From assembly GCA_964016885.1 (NCBI GenBank), contig OZ024759.1, positions 19,220,001 through 19,284,000 of the forward strand: a DNA stretch of 64,000 nt, read 5' to 3'. The translations under genes and the position numbers were made by a program. Source of the DNA: Eledone cirrhosa (taxonomy: Eukaryota). The notes beneath the pieces are model-generated. The model did no database searches. It had not been told where the DNA came from and saw only the letters and a program-made list of their open reading frames with translations. Below, piece after piece: positions 15,411 to 28,354 of this stretch; positions within the stretch are counted from its first letter, which is position 1; each line of letters begins with the position of its first letter.

Positions 15411-15786
15411 CTGTGACATTTAGTGACGTCTTTTTACGTTCAAATCTGGCCGAGGTCAACTTAGCCTTTCATCATTTCAGGGGTCTATTAAATAAGTACC
15501 AGTCGTGTACTGGTGTTGATATAATCGATTTTCATCTACCCCCTAAACTGCTGGCCTTGTGCCTAAATTAGAAACCAATAATATATTGAGGTATACGACA
15601 CCGCAATAATTCTTGTATTCTCTTACTTTCTGACAGCTTTGGAAATATTGCGATATTTCAATTTATGTGTGTGTGTATATATATTATATATATATGTATA
15701 TATATGTATGTATATGTATGTATATATATGTATGTATGTATATGTATGTATGTATATATATGTATGTATACGTATGTATATGTATG

Positions 15787-15863
<77 letters not shown>

Positions 15864-15978
15864 GTATATGTATGTATATATATGTATGTATATGTGTGTA
15901 TATATACGTATCTATATGTATGTATGTATATGTATGTATGTATGTATATGTATGTATACGTATGTATATGTATGTATG

Positions 15979-16038
<60 letters not shown>

Positions 16039-16090
16039 TATGTATGTATATGTGTGTATATATATGTATATATATGTATGTATATGTATG

Positions 16091-16121
<31 letters not shown>

Positions 16122-16198
16122 GTATGTATGTATATGTATGTATATATATGTATGTATGTATGTATATATATGTATGTATGTATATATATGTATGTGTA

Positions 16199-16231
<33 letters not shown>

Positions 16232-16350
16232 ATATATGTATGTATGTATATGTATGTATATATATGTATGTGTATGTATGTATATGTATGTATATATATA
16301 TGTATGTATATGTATGTATATATATGTATGTATGTATATATATGTATGTG

Positions 16351-16393
<43 letters not shown>

Positions 16394-16542
16394 GTATATA
16401 TATGTGTATATATATGTATGTATGTATGTGTATATATATGTATGTATGTATGTATATATATGTATATATATGTGTGTATATATACGTATGTATATGTATG
16501 TATGTATATGTATGTATGTATATATATGTATGTATATGTATG

Positions 16543-16597
<55 letters not shown>

Positions 16598-16619
16598 GTA
16601 TATATATGTGTATATATAT

Positions 16620-18200
16620 ATCCAAAATCACCGGGAGAGATGACCCCTTAGCCTTTGTCAAGGCAGAATTCTAGGAGAAGGAAAACTCTGATATAACACC
16701 TGCAACCCTGATGGTATCCAATGATGTTGACTTGTTCTTCTTTTTGGTAAATATCATCTTGGTTAAGAGAGTGGGACTGGCTTTGTGCAGTGCCTTTGCT
16801 CACTATAAAAGCTTCACGGCACAGGCATTGCTTTATATCTGGAGATCTCTCTGCACTTGTCGTCACATGGTACCATGGGCCCAGCACTATGTGTCAGTAA
16901 TTGTCACAAGTGTAGTGTTTGTACCAGAGTTTTCAAGTCGCTGGCTGGACTAAAAAGTCACACTCGTTCAGCGCATCGGTAGGGGTTCTCCTACATGGAT
17001 ATAAAGTAGTGGCCGTACTCGAAAACGAGTTGGCAGCCACCATATATATGTGTATGTATATGTGTGTATATATATGTGTATATGTATATATGTGTATGTA
17101 TGTATGTGTATGTGTATATGTGTATATATATATGTGTATATATATATATGTGTGTGTGTATGTGTATATGTATGTATGTGTGTATATATATATGTATGTG
17201 TGTATATGTGTATATATGTGTATATATGTGTGTATATGTGTATATATGTATATATATATATGTATATGTATATGTGTATGTGTATATATGTGTGTATGTA
17301 TATATGTGTATATGTGTGTATATGTATGTGTGTGTATGTGTATATATGTGTATATGTGTGTATATGTGTATGTGTATATGTATGTATATGTATATATATG
17401 TATATGTATATGTATATGTGTATGTATATATATATATATGTATGTATGTGTGTGTATGTGTATATATGTATGTATATGTGTATGTATGTATGTATGTGTG
17501 TATATGTATGTGAGTATATATATATATGTATATGTGTATATGTGTATATGTATGTGTGTGTGTATGTATGTATATATATATATGTATATATGTCAGGTCA
17601 CCAGTTGGTGCTACTGGTAACATGTATCCCGGTACAACCTGTCCCATGGTCGGGTCGTTGGCGACTAAACTGGCAACCCCACCAAGGTTTCTTGGTGAGG
17701 AGGGTGACTTTGGACATCCTGCAGGACTAAAAACAAAACCTGTCAAAGGGCAAAGGAGCTCTTAAGAGTCAATGGCCATCCAAAATCACCGGGAGAGATG
17801 ACCCCTTAGCCTTTGTCAAGGCAGAATTCTAGGAGAAGGAAAACTCTGATATAACACCTGCAACCCTGATGGTATCCAATGATGTTGACTTGTTCTTCTT
17901 TTTGGTAAATATCATCTTGGTTAAGAGAGTGGGACTGGCTTTGTGCAGTGCCTTTGCTCACTATAAAAGCTTCACGGCACAGGCATTGCTTTATATCTGG
18001 AGATCTCTCTGCACTTGTCGTCACATGGTACCATGGGCCCAGCACTATGTGTCAGTAATTGTCACAAGTGTAGTGTTTGTACCAGAGTTTTCAAGTCGCT
18101 GGCTGGACTAAAAAGTCACACTCGTTCAGCGCATCGGTAGGGGTTCTCCTACATGGATATAAAGTAGTGGCCGTACTCGAAAACGAGTTGGCAGCCACCA
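16620..18200 (+). mobile_element. RTE-derived non-autonomous element: full copy 17591-18200 and an identical 5'-truncated copy 16620-17042
   Basis: Identical sequence at offset 1158 (identical ORF translations at 16648 and 17806). Both copies run into (TATG/TGTA)n. Confidence 0.7.
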
Positions 18201-18336
18201 TATATATATGTATGTATATATATGTGTATATATATATGTATGTATGTATGTGTATATATATGTATGTATGTATGTATATATATGTATGTATATGTATGTA
18301 TATGTATGTATGTATATGTATGTATATATATGTATG

Positions 18337-18379
<43 letters not shown>

Positions 18380-18402
18380 GTATGTATGTATATGTATGTA
18401 TG

Positions 18403-18457
<55 letters not shown>

Positions 18458-18736
18458 GTATATGTATGTATGTATATGTATGTATGTATATGTATGTATG
18501 TATATGTATGTACATGTATGTATGTATATATATGTATGTATACGTATGTATATATACGTATGTATATGTATGTATGTATATATATGTATGTATATGTATA
18601 TACGCATGTATATGTATGTATATATATGTATATATATTATATGTATATGTATATGTATATATATGTATATATATTATATGTATATGTATATATATTATAT
18701 GGATGTTTATATATATATATTATATGTATGTATGTG

Positions 18737-18767
<31 letters not shown>

Positions 18768-18956
18768 TGTATGTGTATATATATATATTATGTGTATGTA
18801 TGTGTATATATATAGATAGATTATATGTATATGTATATATATATATATATAATTATATGTATGTATGTGTATATATATATATATAATTATATGTATGTGT
18901 ATATATATATATATAATTATATGTATGTGTGTATATATATATATATTATATGTATG

Positions 18957-19018
<62 letters not shown>

Positions 19019-19021
<3 letters not shown>

Positions 19022-19115
19022 GGTGAGCCCAAACAATGTATACACACATTGATTGCCCGAACAGGCAATATTTATTAGAATGCACAGCCTTTGTGTATAC
19101 ATTTTTGGAGACACC

Positions 19116-19118
<3 letters not shown>
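19019..19118. mobile_element. Tc1/mariner-type 100-bp MITE in (TA)n
   Basis: TA|CAGGGTGAGCCCAAACAATGTATACACA ... TGTGTATACATTTTTGGAGACACCCTG|TA. Confidence 0.85.
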
Positions 19119-19179
<61 letters not shown>

Positions 19180-19512
19180 GTATACTCCTTTTTCTGAATA
19201 CCAATGAAAACAAAAATGTGTAGATCAAATGCTAATGTGTATTCGCATGTTAATACATCCTCACACGTTACTTTGTCATATAAATTAATTTAGAATGCAA
19301 TCGTAAGTACAAACAATTTTACAGCTTTACATATATTCAGCACTAAACTTTATGTTACTAAGTAATTTCACCATTGATGTGTCTGTCCTTTATAAAACAT
19401 TCAATTTGCGGGCAAGAGCGTTAAAACTAATTGTATAATGAGATGTTTCGTATCAGACAAATTGCCACTTGGAATAAATGTTCTCTATACCATATCTCCA
19501 TTAAAATTAATA

Positions 19513-19860
19513 CAGTAGAACCTCGTTTCACGAAGATATCGGTTCAGGAACAATTCCCCCCCCCCCCCCGAACATAAAACGTCTTGGTTGACGAATGGTG
19601 TCTCGTGTAACGAACAGAAGCCGGCAACAACAGTTGGCGACAGGCTGGGAGTATCGACGGGAAAGCCTCATTTGCTGCTGTAGTTATTAATAGTTACTAT
19701 GTTACTATGGTGACATCTATCTGTCTTTCACACTTAGTCACTTTCTCACTGTATTTCTCTCTCAACGTTTCGTCTCGGAAACATGGTTTCGGTTTACGAT
19801 CATTTCGGATGACGAACAGCCTCTAGGAATGAAGTAAGTTCGTGAGCCGAGGATCCACTT
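19513..19860. mobile_element. Tigger/pogo-like MITE
   Basis: TA|CAGTAGAACCTCGTTTCACGAA ... TTCGTGAGCCGAGGATCCACTT|TA; degenerate TIRs. Confidence 0.7.
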
Positions 19861-20235
19861 TATTTATAAAAGCATATATACACGAACAAAACGCAGTTCA
19901 TTGCTTGAACGCTTTTTTTAAAAGAAAAATAGCTATCCAGCATAGTTACGTCCCTTTACGATCTGAGTTCAAATCCCGCCGAGGTTGACTTTGCCTTTCA
20001 TCCTTACGGGGTCGATAAAATAAAGTACCAGTAATGCACTGGGTAATTGCTGGCCTTATGCCTAAAGTAGAAACAATTATTTCTGGTATTTTGGTATTGA
20101 AAACCAAGAATATGCTGCAGGTATTATCTATGTAATAAAATATATAGATACATATATTTGAATAATTCTATTCAGCAAATTTTTTTGTTTTCCTACCCCA
20201 AAACCACGCACGCACGCACGCACGCATGCAGGCAT

Positions 20236-20267
<32 letters not shown>

Positions 20268-20269
<2 letters not shown>

Positions 20270-20602
20270 GGTAGAGGCGTTGAATCGGCAGATAGAATGC
20301 TTTGTAGTATTTATTTTAGCTCGCTGCTCTTTGAGTTCAAATCCTGTCGAGGTCAACTTTGCCTTTCATCCATTCATGGTCGATAAAAAAATGTACCAGT
20401 TAAGTACCGGGGTCGATTATCCCTCTATATCTCTTTCTCACTTCCTTTCTCTCCCTCTCTCTCTCTATCCTTCTCTGGAGGAAGTCTACTGTATTCAGCC
20501 CTGGAGAGGAGATGGACTCCGCCAGGTTTAAAGAAAAAGTGCCCTAGAAACGCCGTATGTCAATATGGCGCCCCTATGACTCCTCTGGAGTTACGGGTCC
20601 GT
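20268..20602 (+). mobile_element. SINE subfamily with the same head/core but a longer alternative 3' tail
   Basis: The core is followed by a CT-rich tract, then CTCTGGAAGAAATCTGCTGTATTCAG...CCCTAGAAACGCCGTATGTCAATATGGCGCCCCT...TTACGGGTCC. Also at ~24150-24450, 24500-24875, 26160-26640, 27060-27375 (-) and 35266-35680, 39453-39765, 43955-44352 (+). Confidence 0.75.
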
Positions 20603-20607
20603 GCATA

Positions 20608-20658
<51 letters not shown>

Positions 20659-20936
20659 AGTTAATATAAATTAATATATATGATAAAACACAAATACCAA
20701 CATATAAGTGTTTGTATTGTAAATGACTAAGTTAGCTAGATTGAAAAATACTAATTATAATAATACAGTTTGCCTGTCTTTACAATACAAACACTTATAT
20801 GTTGGTATTTGTGTTTTATCATATATATTAATTTATATTAACTTGTATTACACGGCTCAGAAATACTTCTTTCTTTGAGCTATTTCATTGTAAAGGACTG
20901 CTTGAGTTTAGAACTCATTATTCTTAGTATATATAA

Positions 20937-21170
20937 GGGCGGTGGATTGGCAGTATCGGTAGAGGGTCGGACGCCATGTTAGGGCGGTGGATTGGCAGTA
21001 TCGGTAGAGGGTCGGACGCCATGCTTTCCAGCATAGTTACGTCCCTTTACGATCTGAGTTCAAATCCCGCCGAGGTTGACTTTGCCTTTCATCCTTACAG
21101 GGTCGATAAAATAAAGTACCAGTAATGAACTGGGTAATTGCTGGCCTTGTGCCTAAAGTAGAAACAATTA
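20937..21170 (+). mobile_element. tRNA-derived SINE (dominant family) with duplicated head and target-site duplication
   Basis: A box TGGCAGTATCGG, B box GTTCAAATCC, central GCCTTTCATCCTTACGGGGTCGATAAAATAAAGTACCAG and tail GGCCTTGTGCCTAAAGTAGAAACAATT. TSD TATTCTTAGTATATATA at 20919 and 21169. Further copies lie at approximately 5515, 15430, 19935, 21300, 26650, 26851, 31280, 31537, 33062, 35697, 43135, 43433, 43755, 47130, 51510, 52207-52960, 54226, 57371, 63478 and 63670. Confidence 0.92.
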
Positions 21171-21630
21171 TTCTTAGTATATATATATATATATCCGGGG
21201 AGTGCAACGCGAAGTTACTGTAGGTTCACCCGGATGAGCACTCCATGTTTAGGTTCACGTCAGTCTCGAGGTGTAGAGCTAGACAGAGTGTAGTATAATA
21301 ATTGTTTCTACTTTTTGGCACAAGGCCAGCAAATACCCAGTGCATTACTGGTACTTTATTTTATCGACCCCCGTAAGGATGAAAGGCAAAGTTAACCTCG
21401 GCGGGATTTGAACTCAGAATGGCAAGGGCCGTAACTCTATGCGTCAAATCATGGCGTCCGACCCTCTACCGATACTGCCAATATAATAATACAAGGGCGA
21501 ATGGTTACTCCTTCATTAGATTTATTGGTTGGTGACGCGCGTTTCGCTACTGATCAGCTCAAGGTTCGATCTCTATCGACCTGGCCCGACTCTGGAATCA
21601 AAAGCCCTTTTGTTCAACACTGTCAAAGGA

Positions 21631-21673
21631 ACGATGTACTAGTTTCAAGCTTATTAGCTATCGTCAGCACCGT
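21631..21673 (-). ncRNA. Type-I hammerhead ribozyme, inverted copy
   Basis: Reverse complement is identical to 22222-22264. Confidence 0.85.
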
Positions 21674-22221
21674 ATACCTTCCTGTCAGATGGTTGAACGT
21701 CTGAAAGTATATACTTTCCTTATGAATATTAACGGCTGAGCAGCCTAATTTGCATATCGAGTGAGTTAATCGGCTGGGCGCACCGAAAACGATAAACGAT
21801 AAATTAATAAGCTTGAAACTAGTTCATCGTTCCTTTGTCAGTGTTGAACAAACGAGCAACGATGGTTGCTAAACACTGTACAGCTTAATTCGGGATTTTT
21901 GTTTACAAACACACCGAGCATTATAATAAATGTTCGGTAAATCCATACGTACATATATATATATGTGTGCATGTATGTATATATATATATATATATATAC
22001 ATACGTCTGTATACATATATGTATGTACGTATACATACTTATATTTAAGTAACAGCCGTACTAAGAGTGAGAAATGAAATTTGGTTTCATTTTTTCCGTT
22101 TATCGTTTTCGGTGCGCCCGGCCGATTAACTCACTCGATATGCAAATTAGGCTGCTCAGCCGTTAATATGCATAAGGAAAGTATATACTTTCAGACGTTC
22201 AACCATCTGGCAGGAAGGTAT

Positions 22222-22264
22222 ACGGTGCTGACGATAGCTAATAAGCTTGAAACTAGTACATCGT
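22222..22264 (+). ncRNA. Minimal type-I hammerhead ribozyme
   Basis: ACGGTG-CTGACGA-T-AGCT-AATA-AGCT-T-GAA-ACTAGT-A^CATCGT. It has a 6-bp stem I (one G.U), a 4-bp stem II, palindromic helix III ACTAGT and a GUA cleavage triplet. Confidence 0.87.
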
Positions 22265-22642
22265 TTCTTTGTCAGTGTTGAACAAAAGGGCAAGATGGTT
22301 GCTAAACACTGTACGGCTTAATTCTGGATGTTTGTTTACAAACACACCGAGCATTATAATAAATGTTCTGTAAATCCATACGTACATATATATATGTGTG
22401 CATGTATGTATATATATATACATACGTCTGTATACATATATGTATGTACGTATACATACTTATATTTAAGTAACAGCCGTACTAAGAGTGAGAAATGAAA
22501 TTTCGTTTCATTTTTTCCGTTTATCGTTTTCGGTGCGCCCGGCCGATTAACTCACTCGATATGCAAATTAGGCTGCTCAGCCGTTAATATGCATAAGGAA
22601 AGTATATACTTTCAGACGTTCAACCATCTGGCAGGAAGGTAT

Positions 22643-22685
22643 ACGGTGCTGACGATAGCTAATAAGCTTGAAACTAGTACATCGT
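22643..22685 (+). ncRNA. Minimal type-I hammerhead ribozyme, next tandem unit
   Basis: Identical to 22222-22264, 421 bp downstream. Confidence 0.87.
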
Positions 22686-25420
22686 TTCTTTGTCAGTGTT
22701 GAACAAAAGGGCAAGATGGTTGCTAAACACTGTACGGCTTAATTCGGGATGTTTGTTTACAAACACACCGAGCATTATAATAAATGTTCTGTAAATCCAT
22801 ACGTACATATATATATATGTGTGCATGTATGTATATATATATACATACGTCTGTATACATATATGTATGTACGTATACATACTTATATTTAAGTAACAGC
22901 TGTACTAAGAGTGAGAAATGAAATTTCGTTTCATTTTTTCCGGTTTATATATATATATATATCATATGTAAACTGGTCACATTTTATCTTGATTCTGTTT
23001 TAGTCAAGCAATGAAAATTGCCTTCAGATTGCTCAAGATTTTCCCTGACTTATCGCCCTGTTCATTCAAGCAATGAGGATAATTGTAAAGATACAGAAAT
23101 AAACAACGCTGCTTGGTCAGTGTGGGCCTCCATCACTTTTGGCGATGAGTAAACCAATCGATTCGTTCAACGGATCAGCCCCCTCGTGAAATTAACGTAT
23201 AATGGCCTTGGGCTAGGCTGGTCTCACTGGGGGATCCAGCCGGATCAATTAGAGACGGTTGCTTGACAGGACCTCCTTCCACGAGGTCTTAAGAAGTCTG
23301 CCCCCTACCCACGACCCACCCCCAGGAATAAGTGGGCGAATAAGCCGAAGAACAAGTAGTGGTTGAGCATAGAATTCTAAAAACGTGTGAGCTGTTAATG
23401 AAGTTATTTCTAAAAGAATGTGTGTGTGACAAAGCTGACCCTTTGAACTTCATATACATTTCGTTGGGGGGGGGGCGTTCCATCTCAGTGTACTTGAGAA
23501 ACATGAAATAAAGTGTATTACTCAAGAACACTTTGCTCCACTAGGTATCGAACTCACAATCGTAAGCTGAACACCCTAACCAGTGAGTTACGCACCCCTA
23601 CATCTAATCAGTATATTAGACATATTTATTGTTGTTCGTTATAAATTTATTTAATATCGGTGAGTTTTATTTAATATTTGTCTTATAAAATAATTATTTA
23701 GTTGTGTAATTATTCCCCAAATGATACATAATTATCTATTAAAATATAATTATTGCGTAATTATTATATAATTACCAAATGCACATTACATAATTAGTTG
23801 TTCATTTGTTGGCTTAAGAATTTGGAGAAGTAAAAATAAAGATAATTATATGTATTTCCGTGGAAATCTCCTAGCCGTTTCCTGTTATCATCTTAGCGGA
23901 GTCATCTAAACAAGACACCTTATTTACTTTCCAGATTAATCAACCTATCTTTGAACTGCTTTCCAGAGTTGAGTTGTCGTGTAGAATGAAAAGCACGTGT
24001 AGATTCTTCGTTTTCCCCAGTAATAGAATCGAAACAGTGTCTCTTTAGAATTGGCATTTCGTATGAAATATATTTATAGATAAGTCAAAAGAAACATTTC
24101 GGTATTTACTTTACACTACATACAGCGTTCCTGAGACACTTTAAACCTGACGGAACACGCCCCCTCTCCATTATTCTGAGCACGGCCGATTTCTTCCAGA
24201 GAGAGAGTGAGTGTGTATGTTAGAGAGGAGGTTGGATAGAGATGGAGAGAAAATAAAAGGGCGACGAAGTGACAAAGATATATAGAAGAAAAGTTGGACC
24301 CAATACTGGGCTAGTAATCTTTTTTTAAATCGACCTCGAAAGGACGAAGGGCAAAGTTGACCTCGGTGGGATTTGAACTCAGATCACAGAGAGGCGGAAC
24401 GAAAACCACAAAGTATTATGTACGACCTTCTAACGACTTTGCCAATTACCTTTTATTCACACACAAATTTGTTATTTACTTTGCATGTATGGTCTCGGGA
24501 TTCCTGATTGAGTAGTATTGACATACGGCGTTTCTAGGGTATTTTAAAACCTGGTGGAGCCCATCCTTCTTATAGATTTTATAAATAAATTATCCTTGAT
24601 AAACGTTGAATTGTGTATAGTATAGCTTTGACCAACTAGCATTAATCTAGCGGAACCTATCACCTCTCCAGGTCTGAACACAGCAGATTTCTTTCAGAGA
24701 AAGCTAGAGAGTGAGAGAATAGATAAGAATCGGCCCCAGTACTTGACTGGTACTTTTTTTTTATCGACCCCGAATGGCTGAAAGACAAAGTTGACCTCGG
24801 CGGGATTTGAACTCAGAGAGCCGAAAGGAATACCACAAAACATTCTATCTAACGTTATAAAGATACTGCCAATTCTCCGTCTCGTATTTACTTTACACAA
24901 CTCAACATCGAGCAGTCAAATCTTTACACAAGAAATCTCAACTGAATAGATAAATATTTATACATCTTCTGCAATAGTACTGTAGGAAGAATGACTTGAA
25001 CTTTAGAAATCCCCAGTTACTGTTTATTGTATAATCAGCTTTTATTCAAGTCCCCGTCCAAAAGAATAGAGTTTCCTACAATGAAAATATTTTAGAAATT
25101 CATTGCTGGAGCTTACAATAATATTTATTTCGGGAATTAGAACCTAGATCCAGTACTCGGTTCAATGGAAGTTCTAAATGATATTTTTAAAATCGTGATG
25201 AATTGTTAAATTTTCAAAAATTTAGAATAACATTCTCAAGCAATTAAGATGACAATACTCATCAAATATTGCCATTGATGGATCGATCGATCGATTTGTC
25301 TGTTTTTGTATGATAACCACAATGACAACAAAAACGGCTGCCATAAATAAACTAAACATTTCCCCCATAACATTAAATTATTCTGCCACCAATTAAATCT
25401 GTTATGGCATATATATATAA

Positions 25421-25460
<40 letters not shown>

Positions 25461-25531
25461 GTTTGTATGTGTATAGTTATATATACATATATGATGCATT
25501 ATATATATTATGTGTATTTATATGTATATAA

Positions 25532-25578
<47 letters not shown>

Positions 25579-25708
25579 CGATAGAATATGTACCATACTT
25601 AAGAAATATCTACAGAGGTCGATATGATCGGCTTAATGAAGCTATACTCCAGTGTGGCCATAGTCTAATGTATGGAAACGGTAAAATATCATCCCATATA
25701 TATATATG

Positions 25709-25742
<34 letters not shown>

Positions 25743-27529
25743 TATATTGTGTGTGTGTGTGTGTATTATTTGCACATAACAGCTGTTTATTCAATTAAAA
25801 GCAATTTCCTTCGCTCCACATCATCAAATGTTTTTGTATTAGGCTTTATCCTCAGGCCTCATATTAGTTTAACTGTTTTTGTGAAGCTGGAATCAATATA
25901 TAACCATCTACTTATTGATTCTTTCCCTACCTTCCCAACCCCCTGAACAAACATTGCTCGAACACTTATGTTTTATCCCGTGTTTCCAGTCGCATTAAAT
26001 ACGTTGAATATAAGGCATGAAGATCCTATGTAACGATAGATCAAGTTAATAACGTTAGAATCATTGTGTAAGGTTTATAGCAAACAATGTTTAAAATAGC
26101 CTTAAGAGTAATTTAATGAAATTCTCACAGGAACCATATTGATTTTTTTTATTTTTTATTTCATGGACCCGTAACTTCTAGTGGTGCTGTAGGGGCGCCG
26201 TAGTAACATACAGCATTTCTTGGGCATTTAAAAAAAATATTTGGTGATACTTATTCCATCTCCATATTGACATACATGTACGCCGTTTCTTGGGCATTGT
26301 AAGCCTGTTGGAGCCTATCCCTCTCTAGGCCTGAGTACAGCAGATTTCTTTCAGAGAAGGATAGAAAGTGAGAGATATAGAGGAAGAATCAACCCCAGTA
26401 CTGCAGTACTGGACTGGTAATTTAATGACATTCTCACAGGAATCATATTGAATTATGGAGTTATAGGGGCGCCGTCGTAACATACAGCATTTGTTGGGCA
26501 TTTTTTTAAAACTTGGCGATACCTATTCCTCTCAGCAGATCTGAATGTAGCAGATTGATTTCTTTCAGAGAAGGATAGAGAGAGAGTGAGAGAATGGAAG
26601 TGAGAAAGAGATATAGAAGAAGAATGAACCCCAGTACTGGACAGGTAATTTAATTATTTCTACTTTTGGCACAAGGCCACCAATTATCCTAGTACATTAC
26701 TGGTACTTTATTTTATCGACCCCGTAAGGATGAAAGGCAAAGTTGACCTCGGCGGGATTTGAACTCAGAATGGCAAGTGCCGTAACTCTATGCTAGAAAG
26801 CATGGCGTCCGACCCTCTACCGATACTGCCAATTCACATACATACATACATAATTGTTTCTACTTTTGGCACAAGGGCAGCAATTATCCCAGTACATTAC
26901 TGGTACTTTATTTTATCGACTCCCGTAAGGATGAAAGGCAAAGTTAACCTCGGCGGGATTTGAACTCAGAATGGCAACGGCCGTAACTCTATGCTGCAAA
27001 GCATGGCGTCCGACCCTCTACCGATACTGCCAATCCACCGCCAATGACATTCTCACAGGAATCATATTGAATTGTGGAGTCGTAGGGAAGCTGTAGTAAC
27101 TTACAGCATTTCTTGAGCATTTTAAAGAAAACCCCTAGAGGTGTCATTCCCTCTCCAAGTCTGAAAACTGCTGATTTCTTCCAGAGAAGGATAGAGAAAG
27201 TCATAGGCATGGAGTGAGAAAGAGATATAGAGGAAGAATCAATCCCAGTACTGGGTTGGTGTTTTGTTTTTTATCAACCTCAAGAGGGTGAAAAGCAAAG
27301 TTGACCCCGATAGGTTTTGAACGAATACCTCAAAGCCGTCTATCCGACGTTCGAGCGACGCTGCCAATTCGTCGCCTCATATTGAAATAGAATACGGAAA
27401 AACAGATGATTAAAGGAAGAACGCTGTGTTATTGAAATTTACAGCAAAAGACATGTATGTATTCAGTTGTATTTATTGACAGTAAAGGCGACTGGATTAG
27501 TGGATGGTCAGGATTTCGTTCCCTTGCGA

Positions 27530-27922
27530 GGGTTCGTGTCATTGAATAAGACACTTTATTTCACGTTGCTCCAATTCACTGAGCTGGAAAAAAATGAATT
27601 GTACTTGTAATTCGAATTGCCAGTTTTGCCATTCATTGTGTTGCGTTAAATCCCGCTGAGAATTACCTTAATGCTACACGTGTCTGTGGCATGTTTACCC
27701 TTTTACATTATAATACAAGATAGATTGACCGGCCCATACAGGTATTTCAAAAGGTCAATCTTGTCACTCACTGTCTCAGGCTGAATCTCTCTGAAAACTG
27801 CGTTAAGGATACACGTGTGTGTGGAATGCTCAGCCACTTTCATGTTAATTTCACAAGCATGCTGTTCTGTTGACCGAATCAACTGGAACACTCGTCGTTG
27901 GAACCGATGGAGGTCCAACAAC
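27530..27922 (+). mobile_element. CORE-like SINE (second SINE family); pieces also at 23130-23200 and 23480-23600 (-), 31010-31135, 38178-38298 and 56210-56320
   Basis: CORE-like TTGA(G/A)(C/T)AAGACACTTTATTTCACGTTGCTCC and 3' end TTAATTTCACAAGCA.GCTGTTC.GTTGA.CGAATCAACTGG...CGTCGTT. The 56210 copy shows tRNA-like A and B boxes. Confidence 0.65.
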
Positions 27923-28059
27923 ATACTTAATACGTGTGCAGAAACTCGCAGATAACAAAATCATTAAGAGTGAAGAATAGACACACTTTATCGAGTAACG
28001 TTACTCCAAAGACCCTTCAGAGGAATCCCATTTCGGCCTCTTGTAGTCGCGATCGTAGC

Positions 28060-28350
28060 CGCTACTACTCCGAATTGAGAGATCACAGCTCCGATACTCT
28101 GGGCATGTGGTTAGAATGTCCCAGGAAAGAATCGCTGGACAGATTTTACGAGCGAAACCAACAGGTAGGAAACGCGGTGGTAGACCCCGAGTAAGATGGT
28201 TGGATAACATCCATGAGCTTCGCTGGTCACGCTTGGGAATCCAGCCGGATCAGTTGGAGACGGTTGCTTATGATAGGACCCGCTAGATGGAGTGTTTTAG
28301 GACTCTGCCCCAACGACCCTCTTAGAAATAAGTGGGAGAAGAAGAAGAAG
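28060..28350 (+). pseudogene. RTE-clade (Rex3/Expander-like) LINE 3' end; shorter copies at 23205-23352 and 42540-42705
   Basis: Translates as RIERSQLRYSGHVVRMSQERIAGQILRAKPTGRKRGGRPRVRWLDNI..., with in-frame stops and a (GAA)n tail. Confidence 0.8.
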
Positions 28351-28354
28351 AGAA

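Larger units (their letters stand above)
21602..22942 (+). mobile_element. Retrozyme/pseudo-LTR-like array: ~2.7 direct 421-bp units preceded by an inverted partial unit
   Basis: Units are near-identical at period 421 (22222 vs 22643). 21602-21798 is the reverse complement of part of the unit. No ORF; the array ends in (TA)n. Confidence 0.88.

Noticed and set aside
15639-16674. Long ORFs of 250-350 aa rich in Y/I/M/C/V (also 29768-30832, 47401-50078, 53090-53884 and others)
   Set aside because: Translations of microsatellites or minisatellites, open in several frames on both strands.
20980-21072. tRNA gene
   Set aside because: The A and B boxes belong to a SINE head repeated about 30 times with a common body; there is no canonical cloverleaf.
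25575-25945. Degraded CR1-like remnant
   Set aside because: Only short, frameshifted resemblances (WP.LEYS; VKLI.GL), too weak to call.
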